Origin: Geosiphon pyriformis uo1
Lineage: Eukaryota > Fungi > Glomeromycota
NCBI GenBank assembly: GCA_016748015.1
Contig: JAAOMT010000627.1
Span: 372,001-436,000, forward strand
Length of the DNA: 64,000 nucleotides
Direction of reading: 5' to 3'
Within the stretch, counting starts at the first letter, position 1; each line of letters opens with the position of its first letter. This document shows positions 1-11,500 of this stretch, one piece after another. A program made the position numbers and the translations under genes. The notes beneath the pieces are model-generated. The model was not told where the DNA came from. It worked only from the letters and a program-made list of their open reading frames with translations, and did not search any database.

Positions 1-379
1 CAATGCCATCAAGAATTCGATCACCAATACCCCAACCAGATTTTGGAGCCACTACTCCATGAAAATTATCAGAGGAAGAAGAGGAAGGAAGTGAAGATCA
101 AAGATTTACTTACCAAAACCCGATTTCAGAAAACTCAGAATTTGAAACCCCAAATTTTCAAACTTCAATAAACTCAAATTTAGAAAATCCAGAAAATACA
201 ACTCCAAATATCCAAACACCACAAAATCCTGAACCAATTAATCAGAATAACTTACCTCCAAATATCATCATCAATCAACCATCAATTAATCCAATAGCCG
301 AACCCATTCAGCAACCATTTCAACTACCACCTCCACAAAATCATCAACCACTTTAACAGCCACCACAACCACCCAACTT

Positions 380-2114
380 AGATCTAATAGCATATGCACC
401 AATTGTGAAACTGGATAATTTCACTAGCAAAGAGGACAACGCTCAAGTATGGCTGAACAATGTGGAAAAAGCCATCGTAACCAATGGATAGAATAACGCC
501 TGAGCAATACAAACCATTCCCTATTTTCTCAAAGATACTGCCGATTTATGGTATCAGAGCTTGATCAATAAACCACAAGACTTCAATGCCTTCAAAGTAG
601 AATTTTTAAGATACTTCAACAACAATAACAGTATCAACTGCCTAGTTAATATATTTACCACCATAAAGCAAGAAGAAACTGAAGCAGTCACCACTTACCT
701 AGAATGCTTTTATAGAAATCTGCACCAGATCTAGACAATTGACGCCAACTATTTTACAGCACCACAGATCCTCAACCAGTTTATCTGTGGCCTGCACAGC
801 AGCATCTTACAACATGTATGTCCATTGCATCCAGACACCCTTCAAGAGGCAGTCACCTGCGCCAGAGATTTCGAATCAGCTAAGTTCGAAGCCAATCACG
901 TCCACACCATGAATCTAGTGATAAATAAATTATCTGAATTGGATTCCAAATTGAAACAATTTAGTGATTCAATTAATCAGAAATTAGAGAAATACTTAAC
1001 TGACAATTGCGCTATTTATCAACCACCACAACAACATAATAATCCAGGAAATACAAATCATTTCCAAAATCAGTCACATCCATCATCATTATCAGCAGTG
1101 CCTAATTAGTCGTGGCAGTCAGAAATGCATGTTTGCCACAATTGTGGTAAACAAGGACACATAAGAGCAGATTGTGGATTTTATAGCAACAATCCACGAT
1201 CGGAAAATCAATATCAAAACCCTGATCACAGATTTCAGACTCAGAATTGCTACCCAAATCAAGACCAATATCAAACCACTTACCTGCCCATGACGCAGCA
1301 GCCAATCTATCAACCATCAGTATATCAACTTCCAATTTATCAGCCACAGCCACCAACAATTTATCAACCGCAACCACCAGTTATTTATCAGCCACAGCCT
1401 CAAGTAATTTATCAACCCCAATCAATTCAGATGCTGCCCCAAAATTCAGTTAATATAACATCAGGCCACCCCAGACCTAGAATCACACAAAACTGGAGAT
1501 CGACAATAGTTGTCCACCAACTGATCCCCAGTTCTTCTAATCTACCATTAGGATTGCGTTCTCGGAATTCGGGTACCAGTGCCACCCAAAACCCAAATTC
1601 CCAAAACTATTTAAGTCTTCTGGTTATCCCAGAAGATACCACTTCTGACAATTCAGAAACCAACCAACAAGTGACACTTACCAACAACATACCTCCAGCC
1701 ACTATTACCAATGATGAATCCTTAGCAGCCATCTTCCCTTTTGAACTTGAGGAACCATTCCCATTACCATTGTTCAGTGGAGCCGCCCTCGAAGAGAAAC
1801 CCATCACAGCAATGTACACTGATGCAAAAGTAGATGGACATCTTATTAAACTCATCCTTGATAGTGGTTCAGCAGGCAGCATTATTACCAAGCAACTCAT
1901 AGACCAATTAGGTTGCCAAGTTGATCAAGCTGTCAGCACCAAAATCATCACAGCCAATGAAGCAACCAAAACACCTATTGGCAAAATCAATGCCTTCCCA
2001 ATCAAAGTCAACAGCATCACAGTGCCAATCAAAGTCTTGGTAATAGAAGCTACACAATACCAAGCCTTAGTGGGCAATGATTGGTTGTCCAAAACCCAGG
2101 CCATTTTAGACTAG
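380..2114 (+). pseudogene. Gypsy gag plus aspartic protease with in-frame stops
   Basis: Retrotransposon-gag-like text (WLNNVEKAI, IPYFLKDTADLWYQSL), CX2CX4HX4C knuckle near 1131, IYQPQPP tandem repeats near 1300-1420, protease motifs DSGS and LVGNDWL. ORFs 825 and 1125 share one frame. Confidence 0.9.
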
Positions 2115-3413
2115 ATAACACAAGAGCTCCAGCTGATATTTAATAACCAACACACACATGTGCCAGCCATGTGTGGCCACTTCAAGACTCCTCCAAGAGA
2201 GAAACTATTAATTGAACTAGAGGAGAAGAAAGAGAAACCTACCTGAGAAGCTTACCAAGTCTCTTGGACCAACACTGACCACAACAAACTACCACTCATA
2301 CTATTATGAGATGACAAAAGAAAGAAGAAAGAAGAAGAACTTACCTGGAAGCCAAACCTAGAAGCATGGAGTGACAACAGCCAAAGCAAACCAACCAATA
2401 AATGGAGTTGGGAAGAAAAAGAAAAAGGAAAGAAATGGGAAGAAGAGCAGATACTAGCCAACGAATTGATTTATGTCCCATACGCCTACCAACCAATAGC
2501 TTAATACCATTGACCCAAGCTAGTATGCGTCAATTGCAGCAAGAAATTGTCGTTAATGGGCGTGTGTTGTAACAAAGATGAAGAATGGTCAATGGTGACC
2601 AAATATTATTGTCACCCATGCATTATCGAACGCGATAGATGACCAAAATGAAAGGGAAAGTGGGATGGCAAACTTTGCCTGGCATGTGGAGACACTCTTC
2701 TTAACAAAGAAATATGGAATGACATTTCTGGGAAAAAAAAAATGTGTGACAAGTCATGCCAATACATGATCCTCATCAGCAACTGGATATGAAAAAGAAC
2801 ACCCATTGAAGCCGCCTAGAGAAGAGCTGTTCACCGCCTGGATGGTTATCCACACAATGATGACAAAATTTGGTGAATGGCACTCACCAAAATCAAAGGA
2901 GCATCACCTAAGAAAATAAAAACGATCAAAGACAACCCCTCAGAACCTTTAGAGCTTGACTGGGACACAAAACCCATCATAAATCTCTTGGATTCAGAAC
3001 AATTCTATGAATACTATCAAGAATTAGCACCCACCAGGGAAGAACAAGAACAATGGTTAGAGCAGTTAAATGCTCGACTATGTCAACACTGCCTAATTCT
3101 CTGTGACTTCCAGTATTGTGATGAGTGTAACCTCATCTACAACACACCACCACGTATGATCTACACGATCTCTGAGGAAGAAGAACCAATCAACAGCTGT
3201 GCATCAGAATCAGAATCGCTGATCAATTGTGATTTAGACTCTAATGACGACGACAAAAACATCAGTTCCAGCTCTGTTCAAAATAGCAATGACAACAAAA
3301 ACGATTCAAACTCAGATTTAAACTCCAATTTAAACTATGAACAATACATTGCACTACCAGATCTCTCCAAGGAACAAGAGTTGAAATGGTATAGTAACAA
3401 TGAGAAAGGTATC

Positions 3414-3806
3414 ATGCCTGAACGTGTACATGATACTGATGCTGAGTTTGATCTGAGGTATCCAAGAAAAGAGACCATCAAATTGGAACTACATTCATGT
3501 ATCTGCATTGATTTGAAAGTAGCACTAAAAATTCCAGCAACAACAATGGTTCAATTAGCATCTAGAAGTAGTTTAGCAAAAAGAGGGATTAATATAAGAG
3601 GAAAAATAATTGATGTGGGATATGTAGGAAATATCATTGTTATGCTACAAAATGACTCAGAAAAGACTTATATAATAGAGCCCAATGAAAAGATAGTACA
3701 GGCAATATTCTTACTTCTGGTTAGAGTAGCTCAGTTAGTATCAGTAGAAAAGAGGAAGGAATTAGGAATAACAGTGAGAGGAATACAGAGATTCGGATCA
3801 ACTGGT
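3414..3806 (+). pseudogene. Trimeric dUTPase domain inside the Gypsy polyprotein
   Basis: Five dUTPase motifs in ORF 2877..4103: DAEFDL (AGxDL), ASRSSLAKRG (RSG/RSS), KIIDVGYVGNI (GxIDxDYxG), KIVQAI, and RGIQRFGSTG (RGxxGFGSTG). Several conserved Gly codons show G>A changes. Confidence 0.88.
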
Positions 3807-4259
3807 AGAATAGATGTGCCAGTCAATATAGCAGAAGAAAAAATTGTTGACCAAGGAGAAATTATCTCAATGGGTCAAGCAATTTCTATTCCACTATATG
3901 ACCAGTACATGATAGGGATAAAACGAAAAGTAAAAAAACAGAATCAGATTTTTGAAGCAGAACCAACCCTTTGTGAATCAGAAGAAATTGGACTTATTAA
4001 TCTTCATATACCAGCCAAAGATTACAACCACATCAAAATTTCCATCTATAATAACACAAAAAATGTTATAGTAATACTAGCTGGACTACTATTGAATACT
4101 TAAACACTGAAATAAAGGATCAACTACCAAACCCCATTCCAGATTTTTCACAACTTTGTGGATATGTTGACATTACATCACAAACAATCTATAGACAAGA
4201 CAAATGTTATTTGCTCCAATCAGAACAATTAGAACAAATGAACATGGGAAATTTAGATT

Positions 4260-5638
4260 CACTACAATATATGCAGCTCAAGATGTTACTCAACAATTTC
4301 AATGACATTTTTGCCAGTGAAAACAAATTTGGCAGAATTGACATTATCTAACATCAAATCAAGACTGGAGATGCAATGCCAATCAAACAGTGAACATACA
4401 GAGTACCACCAGCCAGCCATAAAATCATTCGTCAAGAGATCAACCGAATGCTGGACAATAGGTTAATTCAGCCATCAATGAGTCCATGGTCATCATCTGT
4501 AGTACTTGTCCATAAGAAGAATAGAAAGATCCGATTTTGTGTAGACTACAGGAAACTAAATAGTGTAACTTGTGGAGACAGCTATCCAACTTCACAGATA
4601 CAAGAACTATTTAATGCATTTGGTAAAAATAAATGGTTTTCAATGTTAGACTTAAATAGTGGTTACTGACAAGTAGCCATGGATCCAGCCGACAAAGAGA
4701 AAATGGCATTCACCATGAGAGAAGGGAATTTCGAATTTGAAGTGATGTCATTCGGCTTAACCAATGTCTCAGCCACCTTCCAACAGCTAATGGAAATTGT
4801 TTATACTGACTTACTGTGAAAATCAGTAGTTGTATACTTGGACGACACCAATGTATTCTCAAAAACATTTGATAATTATCTTCATTATTTTCAACAAGTG
4901 TTCAAAAGACTAAGAAGAGCAGGACTAAAGTTAAATGCAACAAAGTGCTTTTTTGGCAAGACAGAACTAAAATTCTTAGAACACATAGTCAGCAAAAACG
5001 GCATCAAAATGGATCCAAAGAAAATAGAGATAGTAAAAAACTTTCCAGTGCCAACCAATATGACAGAACTGAAATCATTCTTGGAGTTCGCCAGCTACTA
5101 TCGACATTTTATCAAAAACTTTTCCAAAATAGCACAGCCATTCAATTAACTGCAAACCAAGAATACAAAATATGAATGGACAGAAAGTCAACAAGAAGTT
5201 TTTGATATTCTGAAAAGAAAGCTCATTCAAGCTCCAATACTGATCTATCCAGATCACAGCAAACCATTCATTATTACCACTAATGCATCCGGCCAAGCAT
5301 TGGGAGCAGTATTATCTTAGAAAAAACCAGACAGCAGAGAACATCCAATAGCATATGCCAGTAGAGGTTTAACCCCAGCCAAAAAAAACTATGGAACACC
5401 AGAACAAGAACACTTAGCAATATACTGGGCAGTCATAAAATGGAAAAAATACTTGAGCCAGAAGTTTGAAGTATATACAAATCACAAAAGATTAACATTA
5501 CTTCAAAAACAAGAATTTGAAGATAGAAGACAGTCAAGATGGAAAATGGCACTTGCACCATATAATTATACTATACATTATAAAAAAAGAAAAGACAATG
5601 GATATGCTAATGGTTTGTCATAAATGAGACAAATCTAA
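4260..5638 (+). pseudogene. Gypsy reverse transcriptase plus RNase H, with stops
   Basis: ORFs 4448 and 4838 share a frame with RT motifs (LDLNSGY, MSFGLTN, VYLDDT). RNase H text follows (TNASGQALGAVL, IAYASR, NYGTPEQEHLAI) and ends at ANGLS. Confidence 0.92.
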
Positions 5639-5700
5639 GAATATTTTAACCCAAAAATATAACAAAACCAAAACAATACCAACGAAAAATATAACAAAAG

Positions 5701-7083
5701 ATGGACATACAAAAATATCAACAACTTCAACATTATATAAACACTTAACAGTTCAAAGAGAATTTATCTCAAATGGAACGAAAAAGTATCAAACAACAAT
5801 CAAAATATTTTATCACTCACCAAAATATACTGTATTGGAAATATAGAAAAGATCCAGATCAACCAACCAGAGTAATTACAGAGTCAGAAAAAGAGACAAT
5901 ATTATTCAACATGCACTCAAATCCAACAGCAGGACATTTTTACAAAGAAACAACCATGGAAAGAACCAGAAAAAGATACTATTGGCCATTAATGTATCCA
6001 AACATCATCCAATATGTTCAAAATTGTGATGCTTGTCAGCGAAAAGGAGATACGAAACCTAGTGAACCATTAAGACTAATCAAAGTGGGACAACTATTTG
6101 ACTGTATTGGAATTGATTTAGTCGGACCATTGACAATTACCAGCAGAGGAAACAGATACATAGCAGTAGCCATGGACTATCTCACTAAATGGCCAGAAGT
6201 GAAAGCAATTCAAAGAGCAGATGCAGAATTTGTTGCCGAATTCGTTCATTAGGATTTGATTTGTCAACATAGATGTCTAAAGAAATTATTATCAGACCAA
6301 GAAACTCATTTTGTGAACAGAACATTAACAGAATTGAGCCAAAGATTCGGAATTAAAAGACCACTATTATTACTATATCATTCACAAACCAATGGATTAG
6401 TCAAAAGATTCAACAGAACATTGTGTGAAGCAATAGCTAAACTCAGCCAAGAAAACCAGAACGATTGGGATTTGTTGATACCATCAGTACTATTTGCTTA
6501 TCGGACAATGAAGCAAGATACTACACAAGCAACACCATTTGAATTAGTATATGGTAGAACAGCAACACTACCAGTGGAAATAGAAGTCAGCACATACCCA
6601 ACCAAACCAATAACAGAAGAGAATTTCAAAAACACATTGTTAAGAAGAACATATGACTTAATGGAAACATTAAAAAACAAATGATGAAGAGCAGCTGATA
6701 ACATACAAAAGTCACAAAAGAAACAAAAAAAAAGACATGATAACCAACTACTAGATAAACCAGTTGAATTCAAGATTGGAAACAAAGTACTACTACATTG
6801 TACCAAAGCAGAAAAACAATGGAGTGGAAAATTCAACCCCAAATGGGATAAACCATTTCACTTAGAAGAAATTCTAGGAAATAGAGCTTATAAACTAAGA
6901 TTGAATAACAAAATCTTGACCAAAACAGCACATGGAGATCGCCTGAAACCATATCACCATATAGCATCATTATTCATTAGTAATATTCCACAATTAGAAG
7001 TACAGAGAATACTAGTCCAACCAGATAAGATTCCATGAGATCTGGAACCAATCATTATTATTGATAACAACATGTCCAATTAA
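5701..7083 (+). pseudogene. Gypsy integrase in its own reading frame with an ATG at 5701
   Basis: HHCC zinc motif (HSNPTAGH, CDACQ), rve core (GIDLVGP, SDQETHF, TNGLVKRFNRTL), GPY/F-like KFNPKWDKPF, and a C-terminal EPIIII. No chromodomain seen. Confidence 0.88.
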
Positions 7084-7106
7084 TTGGCAAAAGAATATAT
7101 AAGAAC

Positions 7107-7766
7107 ATGGTTGATGCAACAGAAGAGATCAGAAAAATGGAGATTATGGACAATATCCATTCACTAGCCCAACAAATTTTTCAATTAATCTAACACCAGG
7201 AGATAGAAATTACCATTAATTAACAAATCATTTGTTACAAAAATATGGCAAAAATACCACAAACCAAAGCATAAAAAAGACTTGAAAATGTTGTTGACAA
7301 GATTGTGACCAAGATAAAATTGTTTATAAAAGAACAACAAATAGTCAGATCACACCAAGAACTTACTAGAGAAAATTGGACTTGGTGGATGCAACAATTT
7401 CCGAAAAACTATTGTCATTTCCACTTGAGACAACACGTAAATATCCAGAACTTGTATACTGATAAAACAAAACAGTTATTTGACACCACAATACTGGGAC
7501 AACTAGAACAATTTGTGGGAAAAAACAATCTAACCACACAAGCTTGAGCTATTTACTGGCTATATATAGGATTTCAAGACTAACCAGAAATTTTACTCAA
7601 CATAGCAATGAATACAGTTATAAGTAATTAATTAGGAAAAATGACCAACGTCCAATTTAAAGAACTACAAAATAAAATAACACAAGTAATACTCGAAAAA
7701 GAAGTTCAAGAAATAATTCAAGAAGAGGAATTAAAAAAATTAGATTTTGATGGAGCTCAATATTAA
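7107..7766 (+). pseudogene. Extra ORF of unknown function between integrase and the PPT, about 220 codons with a few stops
   Basis: One frame runs from ATG 7107 through ORF 7305..7547 to LDFDGAQY* at 7766, next to the PPT. The start is uncertain. Confidence 0.55.
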
Positions 7767-7779
7767 AAAAAGAGAATAA

Positions 7780-8653
7780 TATTACTCATAGAATATAGGA
7801 AATATAGTATTATTAGTCAGTAAATATTAGCCAATCAGAGATAAATGTAGTAAATGTGGAATTCCAGAATTTTTTTCAGAGGAATTGCAAGATTCCAGGA
7901 ATTTCAGAATTTCCTGACAAGGAATTGCAGGATTCCAAAATTGCAGAATTCCTCTCATCAGGAATTGTAGGATTCCAGGAATCCCAGGATTTCTGTCACA
8001 AGGAATTGAGGAATTGAAGAATCTCAATTATGTATATATAGCAGTAGGATTAAAAGCTGAAAAGACAGATCTCTCAAGTTTAGATTTAATCTAAGCAACT
8101 CTCCAAATTACAACCATCTAATAAATAACTATTTGTTATCGTAAATCCATTTCCACTATCAACACTTCATGTTGATAGTAATCAATACTTAACCACACTA
8201 GAACAATAGCTCTTGATCATGGCTATTGATGAAATACTAACTTGCAAATCACTTTGGCTTATTTCTTTTCTTTCTTTATTGTCTTTTTCTTTTCTTCATT
8301 TTCTTGTTTTGAGTTTATTGTTGTTTACTAACTCTATTGAGGATTAATGCGCGGGGCACTAACATCAGGATAAACATGACTGGTAAAAGACCCAGGAATA
8401 AAAGTAGAACACTTGATTGAGGATAGCTTACCAGGAAGAATACTGGCCATCAAGCTGAGAAAGAAATTGATGAAACTGCAGTTTTGGAAAGCTACAGATA
8501 AAACTATTATCATTAAATCTCTGTCCATTATATAAAAAACTCAACCAAAACCTTCAGATACAAATCTTCAGATCATCATCAACTGTAACTTGATTTGAGC
8601 ACCAAGTTATGAGTTTTTATTTAATCCAACAAAAGAAATATTCATCTGTAACA
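7780..8653 (+). repeat. 3' LTR of the Gypsy element (about 874 bp)
   Basis: Starts TATTACT (decayed TGTTACT) after the PPT and ends TGTAACA. Both ends and the internal blocks match the inverted solo LTR at 36822-37736. Contains a GGAATTCC/GGAATTGC repeat array, TATATATA near 8033 and AATAAA near 8120. Confidence 0.9.
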
Positions 8654-9072
8654 GTGAGTATATTGGTTGTTATATTATTGGAGTGTAATAAAATTAATAT
8701 TGTTCTTGATTTTGAATATAATTCGGAATTTAAAACTGGCAATCAAGATTTTAATATTGATTTTCTAATTATTAGTTATTTAACCTTGTGCAGCAGTTTA
8801 CTTTTAAGTATTTTTATTTACTACAATAGTGGCAGATACATATTTTTTGCTATCACAATTAATTGGCTGATAAAAATAATAGGTGTAATTAATTCTGAAA
8901 ATAATTGGAGTTTTTTTAATTGTCAAAATATTGTAAAAATTAATAGATTATTTGATTATTAGCTAAGTATCTCTTGATTTTCTGATTAATAAAATTACTA
9001 AATTGTTTTAGCTTAGAATCTAATTTAGATGATCCATTTATTACTAAATTTATGGCTTGAGCATTGTTACTC
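8654..9072 (-). mobile_element. Older antisense Gypsy gag fragment abutting the LTR
   Basis: ORF 8940..9155(-) text AINLVINGSSKLDSKLKQFSNFINQKI matches MNLVINKLSELDSKLKQFSDSINQKL of ORF 825..1109(+). Confidence 0.8.
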
Positions 9073-9155
9073 ATAAAAAAGTACAAAAAAAAAAGTAAGA
9101 AAAATAAATAAAAAAATAAACCAATAGAAGAATAGTACTTAGTAAGTGAACACAA

Positions 9156-10006
9156 TGTTAGAAATTATAACACATTACTTAAAAATGTGTATATTGTTAG
9201 TAAATTATGACACATTGTTTAGCAATAAGAGCATTGTCAGAAAATTATGGTATATTGTTTAGCAATAAGAGCATTGTTAAAAAAAATAGGGCATATTGTT
9301 TAAGAAAATATAAGATCTCATATAACAAGAATTATGTATATATAGCGAGAGTATTAGAAGCAAAAAAGACAGAATTAATACAAAAAATTAATTATTTATT
9401 TAAATATCTTTCTCTTCAAAAGATAGTTTTTTACAATTTAAAGTAGTATCAAATCATATATTAATAAAATATTAATTATTATTTGAATTTATGTTATTAT
9501 TACTTAATTAAAAAATTATTAATTATTTCTATTCTAATAACATTCTATATTGATAAAACTTAATACTTAACTATATTAAACCAATAGCTCTTAATTATAG
9601 CTATTGATAGGATACTAATTTTTTCATTTTTTTTCATTTATTTTATGTTGTCTCATTTTGTTATTTACTAATTAATTAAAATAATTAAGTGCTGAGTTAT
9701 TAACATCAAAAATAACTTGGTAAAAGACTCATAAAACAAGAGTAAGAAACTTATAAAATTAAGAATAGCTTACCAAAAAAACAAGACTGTCAGAAAAACT
9801 GGCCATTATACTAAGAAAAAAATTTATGGAAAGAATTTCTAGAATGGGTACTAAAATAACAAGTAAATCTCTATTTATTATATAAAAAACTCCACCAAAA
9901 TCTTCAGATTATGAAAATCTTTAGAATTACTAATAACATTCAAGCTATTAAATACCAAATTATGGGTTTATTATTTGTTTAACATTCCAAATAATTATTT
10001 GTAATA
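9156..10006 (+). repeat. Decayed solo LTR of a related subfamily
   Basis: TGTTA start and TGTAATA end (decayed TGTAACA). The 3' two-thirds match the 7780 LTR (caatagctctt..gctattga, gtaaaagac, atagcttacca, aaatctct..ccaaaa.cttcagat). The 5' part carries a different repeat unit, cattgtttagcaataagagcattgt. Confidence 0.75.
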
Positions 10007-10009
10007 ATA

Positions 10010-10510
10010 GATATTAGTATTTATATAATTTTGTGCAAAAATTTTGTTTTTAAGAACTGAATTAATGAAATGGTTTTGTTTTTTGGTAATAAGAAAAAGA
10101 TAATATTAATAATAGTCAATTTTATTTATTGTCTGGCCAAAAAGTATTGAATTAAGTTGTGATTGTTTAAAACAAAATTCAGAATGAACATAGAGAAAAA
10201 TGGTCTAGTTAATAATATAAAAGTGGTTTTTGTGATCTTATATAGTGTTTTTAGCTTTTTGTCTATAAATATTGTTTGTTTATTTGGTATTATTGAATTT
10301 TTTGCTATTAGTTTTGGCTTGTATAAAATTTTTTTTTTTTTAGGTATTAGCAATAATATGAAAGTCTATATAAGTATATAGTATTGTCTTAATTGGTTTA
10401 AGTAACCAATTATATATAATAAGTATATAAACTATATTTAATTAGATTTACTTAATTTGTTTCTATATGTTAAATAATAGTTAAACTGTATTTATTAAAT
10501 ATAATAAAAA
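10010..10510 (+). mobile_element. Heavily decayed LINE 3' fragment with 3' UTR and A-tail
   Basis: Alignable by eye to 62070-62580: tgtgcaaaa.ttttgt, tttgctattagttttgg, tagtattgtctt, then an A-tail. Confidence 0.7.
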
Positions 10511-10519
10511 ATATATATA

Positions 10520-11500
10520 TTATTACTAGTAGAATTTAGTCAATAAATTAACATAAAATTACTTTTATAATTTATATTATTAATTAATATATTAATATTA
10601 TTTTAATTATTACTTATTATTTAATTATATTATTAAATACTATTATTTAATTAATAACTTAATTTATATAAATATATAAATAAAACAATCAAATTATACA
10701 ATATCTTAAACTTTATAACAGTTAAAAATTTGCTGAAATTTATAAAATTTTATGAAATAATTCAATAGTTTACCAAAATAATTTATAATTTGTAAAAACA
10801 ACTTGTAATTTACTAAAATATATTTTTAATTTATTAAATTTATAGCAAAAAAAAAATTCAAGTTTATAAACTAGTATTATAATAAATTATATAAAAAAAA
10901 AGCTTTTTTTTTAAGAAAATATATCTTAATAAAGAATAATAATATGATCTTAAAATTATTTTTCTTTAAATAAGTTTCTTAATATAAATCAATAAAACAT
11001 TAAATACTTCAAAACATAATTTAATTTATATTAATTATAAATTGAAATTTTTCAAATTCCAACTAATATTTTGAAATTAATTGGTTATTAATTTTAATAA
11101 TCTGTTAGTAATTTTAAACCTAAATAAAAGACAATTCTCTTAACAAAATTTTTTTTTTAATATTTTTAATATTTTTTTAATATTATTATTATAATTATTA
11201 GGATAGCTTACAGATGAAATTTTTGTAAAAGAATTAATTTTTACAGCAAAGTAATTACATATTTTTAATAAACTTTCAGATAAGTATTTCTTGAAAAAAA
11301 GTTGATATTTATCATAATATAACCATATAAATAATTAATATAAAATTGGCTATTCTATTTATAAGTTTAACAGTTTAAATTATAAGAGATAATTTGAAGA
11401 TAAATTCAGTTATTGAAGATTTAATTACTTTTTAATAATTAAAAATTAATAGCAAAACAACATTTAAAAAAAAGGACCAAAAACTTTCAATAACAGTATT
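10520..11500 (+). repeat. Unclassified AT-rich dispersed repeat, about 1 kb (copy 1)
   Basis: Collinear similarity to 30530-30988 joined to 33539-34035. Confidence 0.75.

Larger units (their letters stand above)
1..8653 (+). mobile_element. Degenerate Ty3/Gypsy LTR retrotransposon; 5' LTR and PBS lie upstream of the window
   Basis: Domain order gag (CCHC knuckle CHNCGKQGHIRADC), protease (LILDSGS), dUTPase, RT (SPWSSSVVLV, RFCVDYRKLN, YLDD), RNase H, integrase. A purine tract at 7765-7776 precedes an LTR ending TGTAACA at 8653. Integrase after RT/RNase H is the Gypsy order. Confidence 0.95.

Noticed and set aside
7855-8022. CRISPR-like array
   Set aside because: Short degenerate tandem units without unique spacers, inside an LTR of a eukaryotic genome.
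8150-8245. Self-cleaving ribozyme or H/ACA snoRNA in the LTR hairpins
   Set aside because: No CUGANGA/GAAA hammerhead core in the right geometry, and the stems are too short for H/ACA.
8342-8600. Protein-coding exon inside the LTR (VKDPGIKVEHLIEDSLP..)
   Set aside because: Open in this copy, but the other two LTRs differ by indels I could not show to be frame-preserving.
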